In this document: positions 20,426-29,568 of the stretch, in pieces
Position numbering within the stretch: position 1 is the stretch's first letter
Layout of the letters: every line of letters starts with the position of its first letter
IMG/VR virus record: IMGVR_UViG_3300045988_107889
Coordinates: 1-64,000 of that record
DNA: 64,000 nucleotides
Direction: 5' to 3' (one strand)
Origin: a virus
The notes under the pieces: generated by a model
Seen by the model: the letters and a program-made list of their open reading frames with translations, nothing else
Told to the model about the DNA's origin: nothing
Database searches by the model: none
Made by a program: the position numbers and the translations under genes

Positions 20426-21166
20426 TTATTCGTTCTCGTCCAGCATGATCATATCCAGGATGTTGTTATCGTTTTCGGTATCGACCATCAGATCACAGGT
20501 AATGGTAACGCTTGCGGGATCGCCGTTATTAGACATCTCCAGAGTAAAGTCAGTCTGAGGTGCGCACTTCCAAGCAATCATACGGAGCCAGACATCTTCA
20601 CCAGCCTCAGTCTTATCCTTAGTTTCCATGTAAGCAGTAAAATACTTAGGGAAGGTGGTAGACTTGATAGAGATCTTTTGTGCAGAAGTCAGATCTTCCA
20701 TGTAATAAACAACGCACTTATCGCCAATAGCAATGCCACTAGTCTCGCCAGCAGTAAAGGTGCCATTTGACAGAGCGCCGCTGATTGCAGTGCCACAATC
20801 ATCATCAGCCTTAAACACAGTTGCGGTAGTTGCAGTCTTGCTGGTAACAGTCAGCTTACCAGCTTCAGTTGCAGCAACCACTTCGCGCTTCAGCCAGTTT
20901 GCGCCGGACTCAATGTCCCCACCAGTCATCAGAGAATACAGATCGAACGGGGTGATCTGAGTCTCAAAGCTGATAGTGCCGCCACGTTCACCAAAGAAGG
21001 TGACGCGCTTGGGGTGGCCCCAACCACCATAAGCGTAAACAGATTCACCGGTCATTTCAGCGGTGGACACGTTTGCGTAATCCATATTCAGGAAAGGCTT
21101 CTTAGTCTTATATTCACAAAAAAGCACGTTGCAAACCTCACGGTTCGCCATCTTAGGAACGCCCAT
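20426..21166 (-). CDS. major tail protein
   Basis: 246 aa with a strong RBS (aggaggaataaaac-ATG). Position is upstream of the chaperones and TMP. Sequence style resembles phi13/TP901-type major tail proteins. Confidence 0.65.
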   Translation of the reverse strand: MGVPKMANREVCNVLFCEYKTKKPFLNMDYANVSTAEMTGESVYAYGGWGHPKRVTFFGERGGTISFETQITPFDLYSLMTGGDIESGANWLKREVVAATEAGKLTVTSKTATTATVFKADDDCGTAISGALSNGTFTAGETSGIAIGDKCVVYYMEDLTSAQKISIKSTTFPKYFTAYMETKDKTEAGEDVWLRMIAWKCAPQTDFTLEMSNNGDPASVTITCDLMVDTENDNNILDMIMLDENE

Positions 21167-21185
21167 GTTTTATTCCTCCTATTAA

Positions 21186-21216
21186 ATATAAAAATGAAAC
21201 CGCCATAATGGCGGTT
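21186..21216 (-). terminator. hairpin plus T-run upstream of the major tail gene (attenuator or terminator)
   Basis: Stem aaccgcc/ggcggtt (21198-21204/21210-21216), followed on the minus strand by tcattttta. Confidence 0.45.
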
Positions 21217-21224
21217 AGCAAATG

Positions 21225-21974
21225 TCACTCACTCGGACGACACCAAGCAGAGAAGTCAAAGTCATCTTTACCCCACACGCTCCAGCGCGTAAGGATGGTG
21301 TCAATCTGTAGGGACATGTTGATTTCATTAAATTGATCGTACAGTTGATACACTGTTAAGTTATAAACGTCTTGTATATTCATCGAGTATGATCTCGCTG
21401 CTAACTTAGATGTGACGTTGTCTAGTCGCATAGCATCCTGCCTGTCCTTATATTTCTTGGATCTCTTTCTGCCTGCCGCTATCTTTGCTTCACGCTCTAG
21501 CTCTTTCTTACTCTTCTTTTTAACGGCCCCTTCTTTTGGAGGGGACATATAATTGCGTTGCAAAATTAAATCTCGCACCTGCTCATAGTTACTGCAATTG
21601 ATATTCCCGACAATATCATCTGCGCCGGGACGTAACGTCAGAAAAGACGCCGACGGCTCATCAAACACAAGACGTTCATCTAGAAAGAATGACAACGCTT
21701 CTGTAATTGCATTACGAAAATCTTGTTGTGCAACCAAGAACAAAAAGAGGGGAGTGGAGTTTAACTCTTCTACGATATCCGGTGTTAGCTCTATGTTTAA
21801 GTTATCTGCTAGTTGAGACTTCGTATATAAAAGCATACCGATTCGCCAGTTATACACGTCCTCGCCGCCAGCCTCCACAATATCGTTAGTAGTAGGGCAT
21901 CGTATATGACCGACTCCTTTTACCAGCAAAGAGCCTGTGTAATTCAGCTCCAGTTTTGTGAAGGAATCAACCAT
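21225..21974 (-). CDS. hypothetical head-tail joining / tail terminator region protein
   Basis: ORF-track ORF 21225-22058 trimmed to the ATG at 21974, which overlaps the upstream stop (ATGgtTGA coupling). Confidence 0.5.
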   Translation of the reverse strand: MVDSFTKLELNYTGSLLVKGVGHIRCPTTNDIVEAGGEDVYNWRIGMLLYTKSQLADNLNIELTPDIVEELNSTPLFLFLVAQQDFRNAITEALSFFLDERLVFDEPSASFLTLRPGADDIVGNINCSNYEQVRDLILQRNYMSPPKEGAVKKKSKKELEREAKIAAGRKRSKKYKDRQDAMRLDNVTSKLAARSYSMNIQDVYNLTVYQLYDQFNEINMSLQIDTILTRWSVWGKDDFDFSAWCRPSE

Positions 21975-22455
21975 AATCTTTTGCACCATGTCTAAAGTTA
22001 AAGTCTTTAAACAGGTACACCACCTTCCTTGTGATATAGTTGTAGTTCGGCAAAACATATCCGACAGGGTAACGCTCTGAAGGTGTTACTTTGCCAATAC
22101 CAAACCCGTGCTTGTGGTTAATCTCATCATCAATCGCATCAGCAATCATATCGACAAGAGTGCCAAATTCTCCAGGCATCATACTCGTATGGCAGGTAAC
22201 AAAAATCATAAGCTCGACGTCACACACGGTGTCACTGCTGATGTTCGTAATATTCGTTTCGCAACAAATGTATGGAGCCGCGATATCAGTTGTCTCAGGG
22301 ATACGGGCAAAAGGAAAGACCTTCTTATACAGAAGGCCAGGAGCAGGAGCGATCTTGAACTCATCGTCGCCAAGTAGATCAACAATCTTTTGAGAAGACA
22401 GAATACACTCAATCGCTTTGTCTTTGCATACACGCGCGGGATACAACAAACCCAT
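21967..22455 (-). CDS. hypothetical head-tail connector region protein
   Basis: Start moved to the ATG at 22455, which overlaps the TAA of the upstream gene (TAATG). Confidence 0.5.
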   Translation of the reverse strand: MGLLYPARVCKDKAIECILSSQKIVDLLGDDEFKIAPAPGLLYKKVFPFARIPETTDIAAPYICCETNITNISSDTVCDVELMIFVTCHTSMMPGEFGTLVDMIADAIDDEINHKHGFGIGKVTPSERYPVGYVLPNYNYITRKVVYLFKDFNFRHGAKDYG

Positions 22456-23459
22456 TACGACCACCCCTTTACTGTAAGTTCTTTCTTTGTTTCTAACTCG
22501 CCACACACTGCGGTCAAAACAAATTTCTTACCTGTATTACTTCTATTCTTCCCGACAGCTAGGATAGGCTGTCCGTTCGACAACATTATAGATGCAACAC
22601 TCGTTTCGCAATCCACAGAATATGTAACCTGTTCATCAACAACATCTCCACTGATATAAACGGAAGAAGTCAAGGAATTATTAGAACCGATATAAACGAA
22701 TCCTTTGTCGAGGCCAGTAATTTCAATGCGATCTTCTATTGGCTTCGGCTTTGACGCATCAGGCTTTTTAATTCGGTCGTAATAATTAGCTATCATCAGC
22801 TCGTAATTATCTACCTCATCATTACGCGGACTCTCAACTAGCATATGGACATAAATACCATGTCCGTTATAAACACTACTAGCCCTATTCAGCTTGGTGA
22901 CTTCGAACGCCTGGATGTCCTCCGCTTTCGGGTCATCAATCAAAAATCTATCATCGCGATCTATCAAAGCAGTCTCGTCATCTTTAGGCATTGTAACCTG
23001 CATTCTAGCGTCGCCAACGGTAACAAACTGCTGAGAATATTCACCGGTCAGATACTTAGTGCCGTCAATAGCAATAACCATACGAGACACTACTTCGCCG
23101 CGCGGATTCACCCACTTTAGGTTATAATTACACTGAACCATTAGCCCAGTCTGATATACCTCGCTGTACTCATCAACAGATGTGATAAGCCAAATACTAT
23201 TAGCCCATTCTACATATGTACCAGCAAAGATTGTCTCGCCAGGCATAGTGTGAATGTTTTTTTCCATGAGCTTCTGTGTGCTGGTAATAGCGCACTTACG
23301 TTCTTCGCCATCAATAACCGCAGTCTGAAATGACAACGAGTTTGGCAGTTTACTGTTAATCCAGCTCTGCGTATTTTTTAGCCAACGCTCTCTTGGAGGG
23401 TCTTTTAAATAAGAAAGGCGGCGCTTGTAACTGCTTAAACTACTCAATAACGCCACCAC
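22455..23459 (-). CDS. hypothetical structural protein (334 aa)
   Basis: Long ORF in the connector region, GTG start. No motif recognised. Confidence 0.55.
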   Translation of the reverse strand: MVALLSSLSSYKRRLSYLKDPPRERWLKNTQSWINSKLPNSLSFQTAVIDGEERKCAITSTQKLMEKNIHTMPGETIFAGTYVEWANSIWLITSVDEYSEVYQTGLMVQCNYNLKWVNPRGEVVSRMVIAIDGTKYLTGEYSQQFVTVGDARMQVTMPKDDETALIDRDDRFLIDDPKAEDIQAFEVTKLNRASSVYNGHGIYVHMLVESPRNDEVDNYELMIANYYDRIKKPDASKPKPIEDRIEITGLDKGFVYIGSNNSLTSSVYISGDVVDEQVTYSVDCETSVASIMLSNGQPILAVGKNRSNTGKKFVLTAVCGELETKKELTVKGWS

Positions 23460-23757
23460 CCTTATACGATGCCTCTAGCTTCTTGCACAAGTCAATCGCT
23501 CGAAAAACATTCTTCTTTACTTTCTTTACTGAGCAGTCTGATATATTGTCAGACAGGTAGGACACGATTCCGATAATACTCATGTAGTATGGCTGTGAAG
23601 ACAGATTGTCTAGCAATTCAACACCAACAAGTTCTGTCAACAAGGTATCTAAGTATTCTTTTAGAGTTTCCTCCTCACATTCTTTTAGCGGCAAGATCTT
23701 ATACAGCTTTCCTACAGTTCGTTCAAAATATTTCCGCATCATAGCATCCGGTATCAT
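23440..23757 (-). CDS. hypothetical head-tail connector protein
   Basis: Start moved to MIPDAMM (ATG 23757), preceded by ggaggtg. Confidence 0.5.
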   Translation of the reverse strand: MIPDAMMRKYFERTVGKLYKILPLKECEEETLKEYLDTLLTELVGVELLDNLSSQPYYMSIIGIVSYLSDNISDCSVKKVKKNVFRAIDLCKKLEASYKGGGVIE

Positions 23758-23770
23758 AAAACACCTCCGC

Positions 23771-24274
23771 TCACATATGCAGTTTGTGCAGCGCACCATG
23801 ATTATAAGAAAACTCGTTAATCATGTTCTTATAATTTGACTTTGTTGTAGAGTAAAGACCTTGCATATTACTGATGAAGTTAGAAGGGGAATACGGAGAG
23901 AAGTCTTTTGTCTTTAGGAAGTTGCCTAAGACAAAGTGATCCCCGCTAAACAAAAAGCCACTCAACCATTTGAGCAGCATTCCTTCGGAAATAATATCAA
24001 CCACCTCATCAGAGGTGATATAATCATCAAGACGTTTATCATGATATTCAGTGATACACACCGGGAGATCCCAGTTAAATTGCCGGGCCTCCAAATCCTT
24101 ATCAGAGAATGACAGACCGGTGCGTCGCCGAAAAATATTTTCAAACTCGGAGCAGGCTGAAAAAAGAAATTGGTCAGCTTGTTCGTTGAACACTTCTTCT
24201 TCCATGTTAACATAATCATACGATGTGATTTTGTTCAAGAACGCCCCGGTAAACACATCGAATGAAGTAGCCAT
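23771..24274 (-). CDS. hypothetical head-tail adaptor-like protein
   Basis: 167-aa ORF in the connector block downstream of the capsid gene. Confidence 0.5.
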   Translation of the reverse strand: MATSFDVFTGAFLNKITSYDYVNMEEEVFNEQADQFLFSACSEFENIFRRRTGLSFSDKDLEARQFNWDLPVCITEYHDKRLDDYITSDEVVDIISEGMLLKWLSGFLFSGDHFVLGNFLKTKDFSPYSPSNFISNMQGLYSTTKSNYKNMINEFSYNHGALHKLHM

Positions 24275-24283
24275 AAGTTAACC

Positions 24284-24865
24284 TCACTTATAAATCAGTT
24301 CGGTGCCTAGTGCTTCTTCCAAAGCTCTAATAACATTAAGGTCTGCTAGTTCACCATCTTCAATCTTTTGCTTTGCGACATAGACAACCCCGCGCTTCTG
24401 ACCGCGAGACAGACCAGACACTTTGTCTTTGACTTCATTTGCTTTCAGAGAAAACAGATCCTCAAAGTCTTCATAGGTCAAAGCGTTCTTGTAATACTGT
24501 GTAGCGTTCAGAGCCTCCAGCACTTCTTGGTCGTCAATCAACCACCAGTTTTCCGTAAAGAACTTACGCTGAGCACTTCTCGCTCTTTGCAGTGAACCGA
24601 AGGTCATTTCGATTTCGTCACCGAACTCAGACCATCTATGTTCCTCGCCGGTCGTTGTGTCTTTGTAAAACAAAGATCCGTGAAAACCATTTTTAACGCT
24701 CACGTAAAGATTCGGGTCGATCGCCTTTCGAACCTTCGGCTTTGAAGGCTTCTTTTTTCCGGTTGCTATTTCGGTAGCTGCCGTAGTTTCTTCCGGCGCT
24801 TTTGCGCTGGCCACGGGAGTTCCGGTTAGCGCACCCTTCTTTACACTTGTTTTGCTTGCTGCCAT
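24284..24865 (-). CDS. hypothetical protein with a basic, disordered N-terminus
   Basis: 193 aa. N-terminal Ala/Lys/Thr-rich tail, then a globular part. Lies downstream of the capsid gene. Confidence 0.55.
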   Translation of the reverse strand: MAASKTSVKKGALTGTPVASAKAPEETTAATEIATGKKKPSKPKVRKAIDPNLYVSVKNGFHGSLFYKDTTTGEEHRWSEFGDEIEMTFGSLQRARSAQRKFFTENWWLIDDQEVLEALNATQYYKNALTYEDFEDLFSLKANEVKDKVSGLSRGQKRGVVYVAKQKIEDGELADLNVIRALEEALGTELIYK

Positions 24866-24888
24866 TTTAAAATCCTTTCTTTCCTAAA

Positions 24889-24912
24889 AGCCGCCCCTGA
24901 AAAGGGGCGGCT
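24889..24912 (-). terminator. GC-rich hairpin after the major capsid gene (partial terminator or RNA stabiliser)
   Basis: Stem agccgcccc/ggggcggct with a 6-nt loop, 16 nt after the capsid stop. Only a short U-run follows on the minus strand. Confidence 0.4.
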
Positions 24913-24927
24913 AAAAATAGTTACCAA

Positions 24928-25932
24928 TTAGGAGAACTGAATACGGCCAATGCCGTCGTTGCAAGAGGTCACAACGCCCATGCCGTACATATCGTAGAAC
25001 TCATACTCCTGAGTCATGTCTGCATTATCCAGAGCGTCAGTCAACTTGATAATGCTGTTACCTTCATAGACCATCTTGATAGGCTTAGAGTCAGTAGCAA
25101 TGATATGCAGAGTGTCGTCGGGGAAGATGAAGTCATGGGTGCCAATCTTATGACGCTGAGGAGTCTTGATAACAGGAGTACCAAAGAACTTACCAGCGTA
25201 GCCCATGTTGTACATATCAGACTTGTACTCCAGACCCTGAATAGAGGGAGCAAGATTACGCAGAGCCTTCATAGTACCCATGATGATCGCCTGCTTACCG
25301 GAGGCAGCTTCAGCATGCTGAATAACGTCTAGCACAGTGCCCTCATCATAGGAGCCAGCAGCGGGGAAGAAGGCAGTACCGTCCAGGTCGTCAGAAGTCA
25401 GACCAGCCCAGCAAGTGTAGATATCGTTCAGGACCTTCTGACGATAAGACTCGCCGACTCTATTGATAAATTCGTTAAAGTCAACGCGACCAGCCAGTAG
25501 TCTACGCAGAGGCTCGTAAATGCGGACGCCGTGCATTTCGGTGTGGATAGTCTTAGTAGTAGCGCCGCCCAGTCTCTGACGACGCAGGCCACGGACACCA
25601 GGAGCCACAGTGGAAACATCGTACCAGTTTACATCTTCTACTACAAAAGTAGGCTCGTCGCCCTCGGCGACGTTACGGAAGTCAACCAGAGAGGTAAACA
25701 TCTCGTCGCCCTGCAGACCTTCAACAACAGTACGGGGAATAATTTCTTCAATCAGAGCAAACAGACCATTGTGAGCACCGTCTCTCATCTGCTTATAGCC
25801 CAGAGTAGTACCGCCGTTAATTTCAATCAGGGCATTACGCATAGCTTCCAAGCCCTGTTCCTTGGAATACTTTTGAGGCTGGCCCTTGTAGGTTTCAACA
25901 GCCAACTGAACCAGGTTCATATCAACATTCAT
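24928..25932 (-). CDS. major capsid protein
   Basis: 334 aa, positioned after the scaffold and a small head protein, with a strong RBS and followed by a hairpin. Assignment is by position and composition only. Confidence 0.65.
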   Translation of the reverse strand: MNVDMNLVQLAVETYKGQPQKYSKEQGLEAMRNALIEINGGTTLGYKQMRDGAHNGLFALIEEIIPRTVVEGLQGDEMFTSLVDFRNVAEGDEPTFVVEDVNWYDVSTVAPGVRGLRRQRLGGATTKTIHTEMHGVRIYEPLRRLLAGRVDFNEFINRVGESYRQKVLNDIYTCWAGLTSDDLDGTAFFPAAGSYDEGTVLDVIQHAEAASGKQAIIMGTMKALRNLAPSIQGLEYKSDMYNMGYAGKFFGTPVIKTPQRHKIGTHDFIFPDDTLHIIATDSKPIKMVYEGNSIIKLTDALDNADMTQEYEFYDMYGMGVVTSCNDGIGRIQFS

Positions 25933-25949
25933 TTTCGAACCCTCCTTTC

Positions 25950-26450
25950 TTACATTTCAATCGCGTAGAATGTATAACGAGCAGTCTTGTCAATAGCAAT
26001 CACCTTGCCAAGCGCAGTTGCACTGGTAGCTGCGGGAGCGGTAATCTTGCCATTAGCACCCAGAGACACAGCGACTGCTGTAGCAGTAGGAGCAGTGCCG
26101 CCGACAAAACCTTCAGCGGTGACAGAAAAAACGCCCGGACAGCCTAGTCTATAGGCGGTGGCGGGCTTACCAGCTTCGTTAATAAATTCATCCAGGTTCT
26201 TATAGGTACACTCATCGTAAATTACTTCCGGAGTGCCAAGCACAGCACACTTCTTCAAATCAGAAGTCGCGGTTGCCAGAGTTGCATAATACAGGTCATG
26301 TTCACCAGGAACAAGAGCACCAATCTCAACGATAGTACCATTTTCAACAGCGATGTTCTTGTTATCGCCATCCCGCACCAGAACAGAAGTAACCATTGTG
26401 CGCTGATCGGTGCCGGGCATATTATCACAGCGGAATACAGTGTAGGCCAA
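25950..26450 (-). CDS. head decoration or auxiliary capsid protein
   Basis: 166-aa Ala/Thr/Gly-rich ORF between the scaffold and capsid genes. Confidence 0.45.
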   Translation of the reverse strand: MAYTVFRCDNMPGTDQRTMVTSVLVRDGDNKNIAVENGTIVEIGALVPGEHDLYYATLATATSDLKKCAVLGTPEVIYDECTYKNLDEFINEAGKPATAYRLGCPGVFSVTAEGFVGGTAPTATAVAVSLGANGKITAPAATSATALGKVIAIDKTARYTFYAIEM

Positions 26451-26464
26451 TTTCGTCTACCTCC

Positions 26465-27844
26465 TTATTTGTTATGTAGGTATTTCTTTACAACACCACC
26501 GTAAGGTTCATAGGTGGGTTCATGATCGAGCACCGGTAGCACAGGTGCCTTTTTGTAGGTTTGATTCATAGAGAAAGTCGCAGTTCGGCCACGAATGGCG
26601 AAACACTTCTCTTCAATTGCGGTAAGGTCATACTTGTCCGCATTATTTTTTAGATCCTTGAAATCTTCATTTGATTCAAGGTCAGAGAACATACTGAACA
26701 GTTCTGCTTTCTTTTCTGATAGAATTTGATTTTTGAATTCTCTAAGTTCTTTAAGCTCTTTCTTTAACAGAGCAAAGTCTTCTTCAGAAATAGCACAAGA
26801 CGTTTTCTTTTCGTCTTCACCGCAAGCAAACTCATCGTCATTGTCTTGAGGCTTCTTATCTTCCTCATCCTCTGGATCATCCTTTGCGTGACCCGTCCGA
26901 TCTTCTTCCAAAGAATGTTCCTCGACGTCTTCCTGATTGTCGTCCTGCCCAGAGTCTTGAGACTCGTCTGTGCCAGGGTTAGCATCAGGGTCGGTGCCAG
27001 GTTCAGTCGGATTCTCCTCTTCCGGAGGAGTCACGACAGGGTCTTCTTCATCAATTTGAGATACACCAAGGCGTTCTCTGATTGCAGCCAGCTTATCTTC
27101 TACTTCGTCAATGGTGTAAGCGGCCAGCTCAAAATCCAAATCATCCAGGGTTAGTCCGTACTTCTCGACCAGCTTTAGCTTTTTATTAACCAACTTGTTT
27201 GTCACCCCTTCTAAATAATTTCTAGTTGCCATAGGCACTTCTTCGAGCATTGCATATAGCTCGGATGTGAATGCGTCAGAGCTGAAAGTAGCAAGGGACG
27301 CAGATTCAAAACAAGGCTCGCAATTTCCAAGCAGGCAAAACGCTAAAAACTCAAAGTCGTCAATTACGTACACGCCATTATCTAGGTGATCTTCTTTTAC
27401 TTTGATCTCCATAGACTCATACACAATACCGTCACTAACAATCTTTTCATACGCCTCTTGCCGCTTCCAAAGCAGAACATCGGTACACAAATATTCGTGG
27501 ATAACTCCATCTTCTTCTGTGACCAACTCCCACCAATTACTTGCCGACTCAGGGACAACACCAACGGGGTGAGTGATGTTTACCATCTTTGGGAGCTTAT
27601 CTTTACGAACAACTTCAATATCATGCCCGCCAATCATGTCGTCGTCTCGCATGTAGTTAGCGACAACCGGAACATTGTACATAGACGGCAAGCACTTCTC
27701 AAACACTTCTTTGCTGATATAGGAACCATTGCGGTTTTCCCCGTGGTAAGCAATACGCAGAACACCCTGGTCAAACGATTCATTGCATGACATGATGTTC
27801 TTTAGTGCAGAGTTGAAAACAAGTCTTACATTCTTGTCATTCAT
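26465..27844 (-). CDS. scaffolding / prohead-processing protein with an acidic linker
   Basis: 459 aa located between portal and capsid. Long Asp/Glu/Pro-rich central tract and a coiled-coil C-terminus. Confidence 0.55.
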   Translation of the reverse strand: MNDKNVRLVFNSALKNIMSCNESFDQGVLRIAYHGENRNGSYISKEVFEKCLPSMYNVPVVANYMRDDDMIGGHDIEVVRKDKLPKMVNITHPVGVVPESASNWWELVTEEDGVIHEYLCTDVLLWKRQEAYEKIVSDGIVYESMEIKVKEDHLDNGVYVIDDFEFLAFCLLGNCEPCFESASLATFSSDAFTSELYAMLEEVPMATRNYLEGVTNKLVNKKLKLVEKYGLTLDDLDFELAAYTIDEVEDKLAAIRERLGVSQIDEEDPVVTPPEEENPTEPGTDPDANPGTDESQDSGQDDNQEDVEEHSLEEDRTGHAKDDPEDEEDKKPQDNDDEFACGEDEKKTSCAISEEDFALLKKELKELREFKNQILSEKKAELFSMFSDLESNEDFKDLKNNADKYDLTAIEEKCFAIRGRTATFSMNQTYKKAPVLPVLDHEPTYEPYGGVVKKYLHNK

Positions 27845-27879
27845 TCTTTTCTCACCTCCTTGCTGCTAGGTGTTGTATA

Positions 27880-28059
27880 TTAAAACATCAAAACATTGGA
27901 CGTCACATAAGAAGAAAGTACACTATCTAAATCAATGCTTATTCCCGTCTTATCTACAAACGCCCATGATGACGCATTGTCTTTTTGCCCTAATAGCAAA
28001 AAACCGAGATCCAACAGCTCGTCCCTGTCAGCCTCGGCGAACACATAAATATATTTCAT
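27880..28059 (-). CDS. small hypothetical protein (59 aa, below the ORF-track cutoff)
   Basis: ATG at 28059 to TAA at 27880, read manually (MKYIYVFAEADRDELLDLGFLLLGQKDN...). Fills an otherwise empty 218-nt gap in a tightly packed operon. Confidence 0.4.
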   Translation of the reverse strand: MKYIYVFAEADRDELLDLGFLLLGQKDNASSWAFVDKTGISIDLDSVLSSYVTSNVLMF

Positions 28060-28062
28060 TTT

Positions 28063-29562
28063 TTAATCTTCGTCTCTCTCTTGCGAGATCTCTCCGCTGT
28101 CGCTAAGTTCTTGTGCGGACGCTTCCGGACGACCGGCTTCCGCCAACGAATCAGAACTCATAGTGTTTGTAGAGCGAAGAGGCATAAAGCGATTCTTAAT
28201 ATCCAAGATATCATCCTCAAGATAGTTGAGACAGTTCATGTCTGCTTGCGGCATACCATACGTTGCGGCTAGATAAGACACCATAGGCATACCAACCTGG
28301 CACATCTTGAGATACTGATTACCCAGCTCGTCTCTGTTAAATGGAGAAGAATCTAGGAACGTGACTCTAAACTTCTTACCAAAATTCAATGACTGGATGT
28401 ACCGATTGACCATATCCTCAATGCTCTTCACAACGCCATAAGTAATACCTTGGTCAGCTTTGATAGAAAGCAACAGGGCATTACTGGATGACTTGCTGCT
28501 GTTATTAAACAGCAGGGAAGAGACACCAGCAGAATCAAACAATGAGCTGATTGCATCAGCCACAGCATTTGAATCTGTGCTAGAAGACTTTTCAAAGGAA
28601 ATCTTGTCAACTGTCATCGGAGTTAAGACCGAACCGACCGCGTCAGGCAGAACGTCGTCAAGGTTCATCCAAAATTCTCTAGCCTTATCAAAGTCCATTT
28701 GCCACTGACCGTCAGAAGTAAGGCCAAGCTTCATAACAAGAATTGCGTAATTCTCTAACTCCGTCTTAGTGAGTTTAAGCTCTTTGTAATTCTCAAGATC
28801 ATATATCTCAGGCATAATGCCAATGAACGGTGGAAGAGCATAAGCGTCAATGTCGTTCGTACATTTGATAGCAAAAGACGTTGGGCAGTCCAAGTCAATC
28901 CATCTATCAAGAGATCGCTTCTTGTACTCATCGTATTTTATGCGGAACTCTTCTGGGAAGAATTGAAGTCTATCTGGGTATGTCGCAAAATACGTAAAGT
29001 CGAAACTTACATTATAGACGTTGCCTTCTATTGAAGAAATTCGACAGTAATCAGACGGTAGCCTTTGAATTGTGATGTTGTCTTGCGTAACCCATAGCGT
29101 ACCATAATAAACATCTTCTCTAAAGCACACCGTAAGGATCTTTCTGAACTGCGACTTTACATTGAACGCTTCCATTACTTTAAGAACCTTATTGAAGTTA
29201 CGCTTCACACTTGTCTTATTTTCTTTTGATGTATCTATACCAAACGGTGACACAACATAAGCCAAGTCGTTCAACATAGTAAAGTATTGAATGAGACGAC
29301 GGAAGTAAGAGCTAACGCCATATACATTGATGCAGGCATCCCGTAGCTGCTTCTCATGAGTATAAGGATCTTCTAAGAAGTCTAGAATCTGTTCCTTGGT
29401 GTATTTCTTAAATGTGGGTCTATAATCTCGCCGATTCAAATCCCGCATAACCAACCGATTCAAGACTTTAAACCGTTCGGGCATTCTGAATGTATCTTTG
29501 AGAGTAAACTCCTGTTTAGATTTCTCGTCTGGTGTACTATCTAGTACAAACTTTTCGCCCAT
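28063..29562 (-). CDS. portal protein
   Basis: 499 aa immediately downstream of the large terminase. Acidic C-terminus. Confidence 0.7.
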   Translation of the reverse strand: MGEKFVLDSTPDEKSKQEFTLKDTFRMPERFKVLNRLVMRDLNRRDYRPTFKKYTKEQILDFLEDPYTHEKQLRDACINVYGVSSYFRRLIQYFTMLNDLAYVVSPFGIDTSKENKTSVKRNFNKVLKVMEAFNVKSQFRKILTVCFREDVYYGTLWVTQDNITIQRLPSDYCRISSIEGNVYNVSFDFTYFATYPDRLQFFPEEFRIKYDEYKKRSLDRWIDLDCPTSFAIKCTNDIDAYALPPFIGIMPEIYDLENYKELKLTKTELENYAILVMKLGLTSDGQWQMDFDKAREFWMNLDDVLPDAVGSVLTPMTVDKISFEKSSSTDSNAVADAISSLFDSAGVSSLLFNNSSKSSSNALLLSIKADQGITYGVVKSIEDMVNRYIQSLNFGKKFRVTFLDSSPFNRDELGNQYLKMCQVGMPMVSYLAATYGMPQADMNCLNYLEDDILDIKNRFMPLRSTNTMSSDSLAEAGRPEASAQELSDSGEISQERDED

Positions 29563-29568
29563 AACAAC